A DNA stretch of 63,169 nt, the filler included, from Thraustochytrium aureum (lineage: Eukaryota), in assembly GCA_012862495.1 (NCBI GenBank). It is 9 parts of 4 records of this genome, joined end to end, with 100 filler letters (N's around TTAATTAATTAA, not from the genome) between each part and the next. Parts side by side here need not be neighbours in the genome. Positions count along the whole stretch, not along the records: positions 1 to 27,764 come from BLSG01000061.1; 8 more parts are not named here. One strand, 5' to 3'. Made by a program: the position numbers and the translations under genes. The notes beneath the pieces are model-generated. The model saw only the letters and a list, made by a program, of their open reading frames with translations, was not told where the DNA came from and searched no databases. Shown one piece after another: positions 11,248 through 23,512 of this stretch (its first letter is position 1; every line of letters starts with the position of its first letter).

Positions 11248-11824
11248 CCGCTCGCCAGCCAGCCAACCCGAAGGCCGATGAACGAGCGGGGAGGGAGGGA
11301 GCAAGACTGCGTCAATCCGCGCCAAAACCGGCACGAAAAGTCGGTTGATCCCAGGCCAGGCCGCCGCGATCAGCGCCGCAGCGAGCCAGCCGGCGAGCCA
11401 GCGATCCAACGATTCTACCAATGTGCGAGCGAGCGAGCGAGCGAGCCTGCTGGCAGCCCGGCGGGCGCGGGCGAGAGCAGGGTTTGACGTCTGCACTGCA
11501 CCTTTTTTGCCTTTGTTGTTTTTGATTTTTGAACGTGATGAGTCTCTCGGACGACCATGTGTTGGACGGATCGATCGATGCGCGGCCGTCGAGGCGGTCC
11601 GCGGCGGCGAGCGCGCATTGCGCGCGCCTTGGCCGGCGAGCCGTGCTCTATATAGATTCCTTTGGTGGCCGAGGTTTGCGTTTGTTTGTAATTGGTGTGG
11701 GCCGCGTTGGACAACGAACGCTCTAGCTCTAGAGTGCCTCGACGAAAGCGGTCGAGGTGCGCGAACGGGCCCTTGCGGCGATGCGGAGGGCGCGACGGCG
11801 TCCGATGGGCTTGTCTGGCCAAAG

Positions 11825-14800
11825 CTAGCTGTGGCTGGGCGTGTCTGCGGCCTCGTCGAGGCCCTCGAAGAGCGAGTCGATGCTGGCAGGGATCGGCTCG
11901 TTGGNNNNNNNNNNNNNNNNNNNNNNNNNNNNNNNNNNNNNNNNNNNNNNNNNNNNNNNNNNNNNNNNNNNNNNNNNNNNNNNNNNNNNNNNNNNNNNNN
12001 NNNNNNNNNNNNNNNNNNNNNNNNNNNNNNNNNNNNNNNNNNNNNNNNNNNNNNNNNNNNNNNNNNNNNNNNNNNNNNNNNNNNNNNNNNNNNNNNNNNN
12101 NNNNNNNNNCTCGTTGGCTATCTGAAACATGGCGGTGCGCTGGTAGCGGCGCAGAATGACGTGCAGCGAGGTGCGGTACAGCGCGTCGCTGTGCGTCTTG
12201 CGGAGGTGCTGGATGGCCTCCCGAAGGTCGCGGATCGAGTAGCCGGTGACGGCCAAGATGCGCGCCTTCACAATGGGGACCTCCTGGTACACGAGCGCCA
12301 GCACGAGGCAAGCCGCCGCGACGAGCGACGGCATCTTGCAGATGAACAAGTGCTCTTGCAACGACAGCTCGGCCAGATAGTGCGCGAGGACCCGCGCCTT
12401 GTCGCTGACCGGCATCCTCGGACATGGCTCAGTCCCGTCAGGCAGCACCGAGCAGAGCTCGTCCTCGCTCTGGTCGTAGCTCAGGCGCACCACGAAGACG
12501 TTGAGAAAGTCGATCACAGTAGGGACGCAGATGTGAAAGTCGAGCTTGTTGAGCACTTCCTCCTCAAGCCGCAGCAAGTCCTCGGGCTTGTAAACCCTGT
12601 CCGCACAGACGACAAGGTCTTCGACCCCGATGTACGACACGTCCTCGCACTTTGAGGCGATGTGAAGGCAGGTCGCCCCGAGCAGCTGGAAGCGGCGGCG
12701 CTCCACCCTCTCAAGTGCCAGGTATCGGTCCGTGTAGTTGACGGCCATGAAGACCGACCGAACCGACATCTCAAACACGTCGATCACCTCAACGAGCCAG
12801 TCCACGAGCATGGAACGGTGCATCGGAAGCAGGTCGGGCTGGAAAGCGGGAGTCGCGCCCGCCCCGCGAGGAGGCCGGCTGCTCTCGCTTGTGGATGTCA
12901 ACAGCGACCTGAGGGAGTCCATCGCGCCTGGCGCAGTTGGTCTTGGAGGCGGCCCCGGCAGAGCCGTCGCTGACGCCCCTGCTTGAAGGCTGTGCGAGAC
13001 GGTCGTGGTCGTGGTCACGATTGGCGCGGATGTGTCGCGCCAATCAGTGGCCCCTGCACTTGACCCCTCGACCATGTAGTCTTGCAAAGGGTACATGCTG
13101 TCCTCGAGGCACTTGAGGTAGTGGTAGTACCGCACCAAGTACGCCGGGTCGTCGAGCCCCGGCCGGCTCCGCTCGTTCATGTTGGCAATCTCGTGCAGCC
13201 GCGTCGAGTACTTCCAGCACGACGCAGAAGCGCCCGGCCCGGTCGGGTCAAGCCAGCTCACCGTGTCGAGGTTGAGCCTTCCGGCGACGTGCCCCGCCTC
13301 CGGAAAGTCGCGGTCCGGCAGCTGCGCGTCCGCGCGGATCGGCCCAAACTCGAGCAAATTGGCCTCCGCGTCTCTGGCGCGGTGGGCGTCCACGCCAGGC
13401 GGCACTGCGACCATGGCCAGGTTGGGCGAAAACTCGGCTTTCACGGCTGGCCACGGTCCGCGCGACTCGCCCGGGCAAGGTTGCGGAGGACTTGCTAGCG
13501 ACGGCCCGGGCGACGAGGCCGCCCTGACGGCATCAAAGTACGGGTGCTTGAGCGCCGCCTCTGCGGTTATGCGGCGGTCCGGGTTGATGTTGAGCATCTT
13601 GGCCATCAGGTCCAAGCCCTGCTTGTCCAAGGTGGGCACGTGCACGCGCAGCGGGCGGCGCGACCAGTTAGGAAAGTCAAAGTGATAGTTCGGGAGCTGC
13701 TTGAACTGGCTCCACGTCTCCTCGTCGGGGGTTCCCAGCTTGAGGAAGATCTGGAAGAGCTGGTCGATCTCGCAAATGCCAGGAAACAGGGGCTTGCCGA
13801 GGATCATCTCCGCGAACACGCAGCCGACGGACCAAACGTCGACGGCGGCAAAGTATTGCCCTCCCATCAAAACCTCCGGCGAGCGGTACCAGAGCGTAAC
13901 CACCTCGGTGGTGTAGTTTCTCAAAGGGATCGAAGTGGACCGCACTAGGGCAAAGTCAGAGATGCGGATGCTCCCGTGCTCGGCGCAGGCCAAGAGCTTT
14001 TCGTATACGTCTGCGCTCACAGGACCGCCGGCGTCCGGGTCGGGGGAGGCTGCAGCGACGTCCACGACAGCAACGGCCTCGGCGCCGGCAACCGCCGCCG
14101 CGCTCGCGCCGTGGCGAGGCTGAGCGGCTCGCGCCCGGCTCGCGCGCGTCTCTCGAGATTCTGAGCCCTCGACATGCGTCGCAGAAGGCTGCCCAGCGGC
14201 CGGACGCGCGGGCGCGCCGGCTGCGGTTTCGTCCCGGTGACCGATGCCGCGCACCACGGGGGGCTCGGCAGGCTCGGGGGTTGCGACTGCGCGCGAGGCA
14301 ACGTTGCTCACGGCACGACGCAGCCGCGGTGCCACGGGCACAGGGCGGCCATCGCCGTCAACGCTGACGTCCATTCCGAGAAGTGCAGGGAGCTTGGCGC
14401 GCTCTTCCCGAGCCTCGACGCAGCGATGCGGCGAGTGCACGAACGCCGGCATGTCGATGAGGAGGTGCTTGGGCTTGAGGTTGCGGTGCAGCACGCCGCG
14501 TTGGTGGCAGAACGCGACGCCCTGAAGGATCTGGAACAGAAAGCGTTTGATGAGGGACGGCGGGAGCGGTAGGCCGCCGTTGGCGTCGTTGTTTGGGTTG
14601 ATGAGGTCGAAGAGCGACTTGTCCATGTACTTGAAGAAAAGGTAGAGCTTGTTCTCGTGGAGCGAGATGCGCTCGACAGTGGCGATGTTGGGGTGCCGCA
14701 AGCCCTGCAAGAACGCGAGCTCGCGGAGCATGTAGTAGGGCACGCCCTCGCCTTTGGGATAGACGCGCGCCTTCTTCATGGCGAACAGCCGCCCGGAGCG

Positions 14801-15552
14801 GCGGTGGAACACCTTGTAGCACATGCCCTCGGTGCCTTGGTTTTTCAAGCCCAGCGACTTGAATGCAAACCGGTTGATGTCTCCATTGCGGTAAAACGTG
14901 GGCACCTTGTCCCACAACTCGCGCGACTTGCACATGCGGTGCCAGGCGCGGTTCACCGCCCACGGCCCCTGCATAAAGTCTTCGCTATTGATCAAGAAAG
15001 AGAAGATCAACATCTTGCACTCGTCCAGCAGCATCGAAAAGTGCGTCACGCTCCGTGTGACCTCGTCGTCACTCAGCCGGAACCGGCAGGGCATCGGCGC
15101 GAGCGGCTTGCCGCCGTCCTCGCACAGCTTGCGTTTCGTACCGAGCGGGCTCGAGAAGCTCGCTGCGACCACGCGCGCGGGTTTGGGCGGGCCTACTTGA
15201 AGCGGGAGGTTTGTGGGAGAGGCGGAACCGTCAGTGGCCNNNNNNNNNNNNNNNNNNNNNNNNNNNNNNNNNNNNNNNNNNNNNNNNNNNNNNNNNNNNN
15301 NNNNNNNNNNNNNNNNNNNNNNNNNNNNNNNNNNNNNNNNNNNNNNNNNNNNNNNNNNNNNNNNNNNNNNNNNNNNNNNNCAGTGGCCTTGGCCTCTCCG
15401 CCGTCGCTGCGCTCGCGCCCGCCGTCGCCAAACAGCCCGCCGGACCATCGCCCACTCGGCCCAGCGCGGCCGCCCTCGGCGGACCCGACAGAGTGCGTCT
15501 CGTCGTGGTCTACGAGGATGGCGCTGTCGCCGGCCGTTGCCGCGGTTTCCAT
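11825..15552 (-). CDS. F-box + CDK-like pseudokinase + cyclin fusion protein (two N gaps near the ends)
   Basis: One ungapped frame from 15239 to 12110 holds an F-box (FSMLLDECKMLIFSFL...AVNRAWHRMCKSRELW), a CDK domain (FAMKK, EGVPYYMLRE, HRNLKPKH, DFALVR, YTTEVVTLWYRSPEVL, GKPLFPGICEIDQLFQIF, RITAEAALKHPYF) and a cyclin box (HRSMLVDWLVEV, AVNYTDRYL, FQLLGATCLHIASKCED, LAHYLAELSL, PSLVAAACL). Start METAAT at 15552 is inferred across a gap. Confidence 0.9.
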
Positions 15553-16732
15553 GTTCCGGGCTGATTGATGCCCTGGCCCAATCGTCCACGCACGAAGCCG
15601 TCGTACACGGGTACGAGCACGAGCTGGCAGACCCCAGCAGTTCAAAATGCTCGGGTTGGCGGACCGACCAGTAGACCCGCCGGCGACCTTCTTTGAGCAA
15701 CTAGAGTACGTACGACCACGCCCGTCCCACTGTCGCGCGCCAGCCCCGCCGGCCACCAGAGCCCTCAGGGCCCGATCGCGCGGCCGCCGCACACCCGACG
15801 CTCCCGCCGCTGTCAGCGCGAGCGGGACCCGTCTCAGGGAGTGGAGTTGGAGTCGAAGTTGGGGCTAAAGAGTGAAGGGGGCAAGGGGGACGACTCGCGC
15901 TCCGCCCTGGCGCGGCAAACCCACACAGCAACGCAGCCCTGCTCGCAAGCGCCACCGGCGACAAACCAGAGCAGCGCGAGCGCGGTACCGGGCCACTCGG
16001 ACGCAAAGCGCAAGCGCGCTCGAGCAGCTCGCCCCCGATCGATGCGCGCGAAGCTGGTCTGCTCGCTCGCCCCAAGCAGAGCGCTTTTTTTTGCTAACCT
16101 CTTTTAGCCTCGACGTATCCTCTTGGGACCGTTTCTCCTCGACGCATCCTCTACGCGTGCGGTTGCTCGTGTCAAAATACTGGTTTTCAGTACTCAGCGA
16201 CATCGCTTTGATCATTACCTTGACTTTCAGTATTGCTGAAACGCAAAGGCCTGCCTTTCCGGCAGATCTGTGTATTGAATACCAGTACTGATGAAAACCA
16301 GTAGAGAACAAAGGGATCCCATTCCAGCGCTCTGCATCCATGTCTTGAATCTCAGGTCTCGAGCGCGGCTACTGCGCGCATGAGTACTGAAACTCAAGAT
16401 GAGAAGCTAAGTATTGAGTATTGAATATCATTATCCAGGTAGTATTTGGAGCGCGGATGCTTCAATGCTTAGCCTTATGTACGTATTGAATTATGGTAGT
16501 GTGTGCTGGACAGCTTGGAAGCGCAGCAGACGCAAGAGCGGCAGAGCAGCCGGGGGGGCAGCGGACGAGCCAGCGGCTGCGGGGCAGGGCGGAATCGCGC
16601 GCGTTTGCTGTCGCTCTCTGCTGCGCTGGGCGCGCTTTCGTTCCGGTTGGAGGATCGGTCGTTTGCGGATTTTCTGGTCTGGTCCGGTCGCTGATTTCGC
16701 CGCTGCCGACGCCGGCGCCGGCCTCCCTCCCT

Positions 16733-16764
16733 CAACGCAACGCAACGCAACGCAACGCAACGCA
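16733..16764 (+). repeat. (AACGC)n microsatellite
   Basis: caacg repeated about 6 times. Confidence 0.8.
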
Positions 16765-16859
16765 GCTCGCCGCCTGCGCCGCTGGCGGCCCGCGCGGGAG
16801 CCGACGGCTGCGCGCCTGACTGGCTGCGTGACGTGCGCGCGGAGCGCCCCGGCGCGGGC

Positions 16860-17960
16860 ATGGCGTCCTTGGACTTTTGTAAGTGGAGCGGACTGCGCTT
16901 GGTGGGGTGATGCCGGAGGCAGGGGGCTGACGCGCGGTGCCGCGATACTCGCGATGAAGACCAGGCGCCCGCATCCAAGGCGATATTCTACGGCAGCGGA
17001 CTCGGCACGGTAGTGTCGGCCATTCTGTTCAAGTCGAGCTGGATGGGTACGATGTCACGGCCTTTGCCGGCGTGCGGCTCCACCGCGTGCTGGCCAACCA
17101 GCTCGTGTTCGGGAGCGTGGGCGAAATGATCCTGGGCCTTGGGCTCATTTACCAGTTTTAGGCTGTTCGAGCGGCGCATGGGCACAGCGCGGTTCGTGTC
17201 CTTCTCCCTCCTGTCAACGCTACTGTCGGTGTCGCTGCAGATGCTCTTCCTGATCGCCTATCCGGGCTTCGAGAGCCAGACGCTAACGCGCGTGGCGCCC
17301 GGGCCGTACAGCTTCGTATTTGCCCTGTTCGTGCAGTACTTTGCCTTTGTGCCCAAGCTCAACAAGCACCGTTTTCTCGGCGCAGAGTTTTCAGAGAAAA
17401 CCTTTGTGTACATCTGGGGGAGCCAACTGCTCCTAGCCCGAGGCCGCGAGTCTGCTTTGGCCGGGATCTGCGGGTTTTTGGGAGGCCTGGTCTGCCTCAG
17501 CGAAAAGCTACCCTTCCGACGGCTGCAGCTGCCCGACCCGGTCAGCGCCTTCGGAAAAAACTACCTGGCTCCGCTCTTTGCGTCGCGCTCGCCGTCAGAG
17601 ATTGCCGAGGAGAGAATGCGCCAGCAGCGTGACCGCCTCACGCGCGCAGGGGTCTTGGGACAGGGACTCTACGCCCAGGGACTCGGCGAAGGTCCCGGAG
17701 GCGCTGCAGGGCAGCAAGGCGAGCGCTTGATTGCAGAGCCTGGGCAGTTGTTTGGGGGTGCCGGTCAGTTCTTCGGCGGCCCCCGAGGCGGGCCGGCCGG
17801 AGCTGCGCCCGCCCGCGTCCCGCAACTAGAAGAGCCTTCGGAGGAGCAGATTAGTACGCTCACGGCGCTTGGCTTTAGCCGCGGCCAAGCCCTTGGCGCT
17901 CTGCGCGCGCACGGCAACAACGTGGAACGCGCAGCTGATAGCTTGCTCAGCGGAGGCTGA
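16860..17960 (+). CDS. UBAC2: Rhomboid-like pseudoprotease with C-terminal UBA domain (UBAC2/Dsc2-like); intron 16879-16959; indels near 17047 and 17158
   Basis: Spliced start MASLDF-YQAPASKAIF (GTAAGT donor, GCTGAC branch, AG acceptor); LIYQFRLFERRMG, PGPYSFVFALF and FSEKTFVY family motifs; UBA PSEEQISTLTALGFSRGQALGALRAHGNNVERAADSLL. Confidence 0.75.
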
Positions 17961-18112
17961 GGCGGACCGTTGCGCTGTTGGCCAGATGCTGGCTTGTGAA
18001 AAAAAGAACGACGTTGCATGCGAGTACTGCAGAGCATGAACAAGTCTAATAAAATACATGGGGTTTCTCGTTGCTCTGAAGTTGCGTCGCGCTCGGCTCG
18101 CATGCGCGCTTC

Positions 18113-21100
18113 TTAAGCCTTTTTCTTGTAGTACTTGTTGGTCTTCGGACAGTAAAAGCAGTCCAGGAGCGGGTCGTAGATCAGGTCGAGCTCGCCCTCC
18201 GCCTCAGCATTGCTGCGAGAAGAGCGCGCCTGTCCTGTGGCCGTCCCAGGGCTGCCCGCCGCCTCGTGCTCCTCGTCGAACTCAGAATCCTCTTTACCAG
18301 AGTCTACCAGTACGCGCTCGGCGCGGTGGAGGTCGCTGCCGACCGCCTTTTCGATGGAAGCACGAACAAAGCTTGACGTCAGCTCCGCGAGCTCGCTCTC
18401 AGCCCGTCTGCTAGAGCTCGGCCTGGACGATATCATGGGGCTCCGTTCGGCCCGCGCGGGGCTGGCCCGCTCCCGAGCTGGCGCTTCTCCTTGCACAAGC
18501 TCGGCCCTGTCGCACACTTCCACTTCCCCCTGGCCCTCCTCCTCCTCNNNNNNNNNNNNNNNNNNNNNNNNNNNNNNNNNNNNNNNNNNNNNNNNNNNNN
18601 NNNNNNNNNNNNNNNNNNNNNNNNNNNNNNNNNNNNNNNNNNNNNNNNNNNNNNNNNNNNNNNNNNNNNNNNNNNNNNNNNNNNNNNNNNNNNNNNNNNN
18701 NNNNNNNNNNNNNNNNNNNNNNNNNNNNNNNNNNNNNNNNNNNNNNNNNNNNNNNNNNNNNNNNNNNNNNNNNNNNNNNNNNNNNNNNNNNNNNNNNNNN
18801 NNNNNNNNNTCCTCCTCCTCCTCCTCCTCCTCCTCGCCCTCGTCGTCGCCGAGTGCGCGCCGTTCTTCCTCATCCAAGAGTAGCTCCATTTTTGCGAGAC
18901 GCGCGCGCTCTGCGGCAAGAGCAGCTTCAAGGTCGCTCGTATCCTCAAACGCAGCGCTGCCGCTGAGTGAGAGCCTCGAGTCGCTCAGCGGCCCGTCCTG
19001 GTCGCGCGAGTTTTCGAGGGCTTCGTCCCCGACCGAAATGAGATCATCCTCAGCGAGAGAAGCAGCCTCTCGCACTGGCTCATTGCTGGAGCTGAGCCTG
19101 TGGCCCGAAGAGAGCTGATCCCAGTATGAGCTGCCGCGCTCGCCGCCCTCGGCTTTGGCAGCTGGCTTGTCGGCATGCCTTGCCTCTTCAAGTCGGTCGT
19201 CTTCCTCAAACGAGTCATCGCGTTCGATTCCTTCATCAGGGCTGGGGCGCGAGCGCCGCGAGCTCGGCCTCATCATGGGCGACGCCGCGAAGGCCGAGCC
19301 GTGGTTGGGCAGGGCCTCTTCTTCCGCGTCGCTCGCCGCGCCGTCTTCACCCTCTGAGGAAGTGAATCCGTGCTCTCGTTCTCCAGCCTCCGCCTCGACG
19401 AGATCGCATGCCTCGCGCTGCTCAGCAGCGAATCCAGCTGCGCTGCCACTGCTGCTGCTGCTGCTCCGGGCATCGTCTCTCATTTGGTGCCGAAAGCGCT
19501 CGTCTTCGTCATCGTCCAGCGCATGTCGCGCTTCGTCATCGTCATCGCCCAGCGCATTTCGCGCTTCGTCTTCGTCATCGTCCAGCGCATGTCGCGCTTC
19601 GTCCTCGTCATCGTCCAGCGCATGTCGCGCTTCGTCCTCGTCGTGAAGGATCGACGGGGGACGTGATGCCGATGGGGCAGCCGCCGCGATCCCTGAATCG
19701 GCTTGCCCAAGGTCCTGCTCAATGCGGCGCTGGCGCGCGCGCAGGACGGCAGGAAGAACTGGTTTCGTCACTTGCGGGCTCTGGGTTGAACGAGCTGAGC
19801 CCGGGCGAGACCGTGCCGAGTCCAGGTGCGCTCGCGACGAACCTGGGCGCGAGTGGGAGGATGGTGGGCGCAAGCGCCCCCCACCATGGTTGAGAGCGTC
19901 GTGCTCTGCTTGATTTGACGTCGACCTCGCACTGAGTCGCTCGCGATTCGACGGGATTGGCGACCGGCTCGTTGGAGAAGCTTGGGCTCCTGCGCGTGAA
20001 GTCGTTGAGCCGCGAGACCGGGCGGAGCCTGGCCTTTGCTCAATGATCTGGAGCGAAGATGCGCGACGCGGGTCTGCAGGCTGTCGGCCTGGCGTTCCGA
20101 GAGCAGCGGGGCTTGCACTTGGTCCGCTCGCCGAAACCTGGGAGAGTTGTGAGCGGTGCGAGCGGGCAGATTCAAGTCGCGTTGACTCGTGGCGAGGGTC
20201 GCCTGCGCGGGCCGAGACGCGGGCCGTTTTGCTGGGCTGCGCGCTGGGCCGTCCAGTTGTCACAGGGACAGCGGCCTTGCGCGTGTCATGGTGCGGCTGC
20301 GCAAAGGACGAGGTTCCCCTGCGCGTATTGCGGGCCACCTCCATCGCAGCCTCTGCTGGGAGGGCCTCGTCCGCGTTCCGTGGACCCAGTCTCGCGCGTC
20401 CTCCATCTCGTACAACACCGACGCCGGCGTGTGGTCAAGTGCCGGAGGGAACTGCAGGGCGCGGGGGAGCGGCTTGGCGTAGCGCTCCAGAGCCGCTGGG
20501 ATTGCGAGAAGACAACTTGGCGGGTCCTTGAGCGTGAAGATCTTGCGAACCTGGCAGTGCCCGGACAAGGCGAGGGTCTCGAGCGCGCGGTGGCCGACGC
20601 CGCCAAAGTTCTCCGTGACCATGTGGTGCATGTCGAGGAAGAGCGTAAACCACTCGCCCCGCGGCACGAGGTGGCCGCAAGCATGGTCGTCTGCAAAGCC
20701 GTGATTGGGCGTGTACCCAGACCCGAGCGGGAGCTGGACGTGGAGNNNNNNNNNNNNNNNNNNNNNNNNNNNNNNNNNNNNNNNNNNNNNNNNNNNNNNN
20801 NNNNNNNNNNNNNNNNNNNNNNNNNNNNNNNNNNNNNNNNNNNNNNNNNNNNNNNNNNNNNNNNNNNNNNNNNNNNNNNNNNNNNNNNNNNNNNNNNNNN
20901 NNNNNNNNNNNNNNNNNNNNNNNNNNNNNNNNNNNNNNNNNNNNNNNNNNNNNNNNNNNNNNNNNNNNNNNNNNNNNNNNNNNNNNNNNNNNNNNNNNNN
21001 NNNNNNNNNNNNNNNNNNNNNNNNNNNNNNNNNNNNNNNNNNNNNNNNNNNNNNNNNNNNNNNNNNNNNNNNNNNNNNNNNNNNNNNNNNNNNNNNNNNN

Positions 21101-21225
21101 NNNNNNNNNNNNNNNNNNNNNNNNNNNNNNNNNNNNNNNNNNNNNNNNNNNNNNNNNNNNNNNNNNNNNNNCGTGCCTTGCGGACTGAAGACCTCCACGC
21201 AAGGGCCGCCCTGGTACTTGAACAT
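18113..21225 (-). CDS. CFAP20DC: CFAP20-domain-containing ciliary protein (C3orf67-like); gapped, frameshift near 20377
   Basis: N-terminus MFKYQGGPCVEVFSPQG, LSGHCQVRKIFTLK, and C-terminal LDLIYDPLLDCFYCPKTNKYY resemble the conserved ends of this family; the middle is low complexity. Confidence 0.75.
19500..19643 (-). repeat. Coding 33-bp tandem repeat (DEDEARHALDD, about 4 copies)
   Basis: Unit of the form tcgtcatcgtccagcgcatgtcgcgcttcgtc repeated on the + strand. Confidence 0.85.
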
Positions 21226-23512
21226 GGTTGCCTGAGTGGCCTCCAGCCCGGTCGGCGTGGCGTCCCTCCAACAAATCGCGCGGCGCGGCACGTGGCACCA
21301 AATGCGCACGGACGAACAGGCCCGCGTGCAGGCAGACTCGCTGACGGGCCCGAGAGGGAGCGGCTCTGCCCGCACTGGACGCACTCGAGCCTGACCGTTT
21401 CGCGGGCCAAAATAAGCGAAAGGTAGCGGGTTTGGTTAGGTTTCCTTAGGGCGACATTGTCGAGCACGAGCACCTCGCTGGCGGCACTCGCGCGAGGCGG
21501 CATGGCATGCCACATCGAGCTGGCGCGCATGTACGCACCGCATGCCGATTCATTTGCTTTGTTTTCTTCAGAGAAAACCCTCTGTCGTTTAATTACAAAA
21601 ATGAATGAAGGACGGCCTGGTTCACCATCATGATTGGAGCGTCTTGGGCGCCGCTGCGCTTGAAGGCTGTTCTTTGCTGAGCCGCCCGGGGCTCGGTGCC
21701 GTGCCGCGGTTGGCGGCCTCGGAGGCTCGACCCATGTTGCGGGCGGCTTGGTTGTCTCGGCCTTGTGAAGCGACAGATCGCATGGGTGCGAGCCTGAACT
21801 TGCGGTGCGCATGGCGCCAGCGTGCGCGACTTGCGGTGATGCAAGGAGGCGCACTTCATGCCGTGCGAGGGGCAGCAGGATGATCGCTTGCTGGTGTACG
21901 ACTCTTCGACGACGCGGGTGCGCCACGCCTCCGCGTTGCCCTGGGTTGTCTCACTTGGCCTCGAGCTTGAGCCTGAGCTATTGCTTGCGCGAGTTGCAGT
22001 CGCGCAGCTCTTTGTAGGGCACTATCATGCGCGCAAAACATCAGTGGTCGCGGTGCCAGGCTGGGGGCCGCCCGCCAGCGCCGCGTGCTTCGTTGGGCGT
22101 GCTGAGCCGCTTGCGGTATTGCTCGTCGTACTCCGTGACCCTTTTGTCGCACAACTCGCCTTTCTCTTGCTAGAGCTAGCGTGAGGACTTGGCGAGTGAA
22201 GCGCCCGCTGGGCTTTTGCGCAGAGGTGAAGGAAGGGCCACGCTGCCGGGTTCGTGGCCGCTCGCTGCTCAACCAAGGTGCAGCCTTGGCAGCTTGGCAG
22301 TTGAAAAACCGGACCCAAAGTGGGTTGCCCGTCTGGGACGCGAAGCTGGCGAGTGCCTTGGTGACGGTTGGGCTGCGTTGGTGGCGGCAACCAATCCCCA
22401 ATCGCAAGCAAGACGCGACGAGGAATGGTCAGCGGATAGCAGAGAGCGCCATCGGCCGGGATCTGCTGCTGAGCTTGTCCGACACGTGAAGTTATCGCCT
22501 AGGGGCGAGGGTTGACGGAGGTGGCAATCGTGCAAGTTTGGTCGCCGTTGCGGCGACGCGGCGGTGGCTCCCGCCAACCTCGTCGATCAATCGGGCTGCA
22601 ACTCGGATCGATCGGGGGGCGACTGACCGGGGAAAGCAACGCGCTATCCAGCGGAGAGCCTGGCGAAGTTTTCAAGCCAGTCCCGCGATTCGGCGCCTCG
22701 GGTGGAGCCTCTTAGCGGGCGATCGCACCGCTCCTCGCGCAGGCGAGCGGCAGCCAGGCAGAACAGGTCCTTGCTGGCTCTCCGCCGCGGCGGGCGAGGG
22801 CGCGTGCGCCCGTTGTCAGGAGCAACGGTGGACGCCCGTCCGTCTGTCCAGGTCTTTTGCCTGTTGCAGGCGCATCGACCGACCTGCACACACCTTCTGG
22901 CGCCAAAATCTGCGATCTGCGCGCGTCGGAACGCGGTCCTCCTGGCCCACTTTCCTCCCGTGTGTCGCGGCGCGGCACAGTGCTGTTGGGGCCTCAACTC
23001 AGTTCAGGGCGAGCTCTGTCGCGCGAGAACGCACAAAAAACGGATAGAGAGGCAACCGTTTTCCCAACCTGAACAGAGCACCAAATGCGACTCTCCAGGT
23101 GAGCCTGAGTCATGAGGAGGCGAGAGCAAACACAATCGAGGGATCTCGCGCTCAGGCCGCGCGTCGCCGCTCTGTTGACCCAGGCCTAAGAGTAGGAGAC
23201 GGTCTCTCGCGAAAGCAACGACCCCAAACTTGCTGGTGAGGATCTGGGTTGGCAGAAGGCTGGGCCGAGTCCCGGCACTGGTTTTTGGGTTTCGTGGCGG
23301 AGTCGACAACGCGCTTTAATGGTCCCCTCCCAGCGCGTTCGCGCGGCGACGCGAACGAATTCGATTTGCTGCCACAGCAAGAGCTTGCGTCTTTGTACCT
23401 TGCGCAGGTGGCGAGGCGGGCCGACGCGGCGACAAACCCACAATCAACCCAAGCCAACAATCGATCCCTACACTTGTGCGCGCCGCCCCGCCGCCTGGCA
23501 AGTTGAACAACA

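Noticed and set aside
21590..23450. Several ORFs on both strands
   Set aside because: Mutually overlapping Arg/Ala-rich frames with no recognisable domain.
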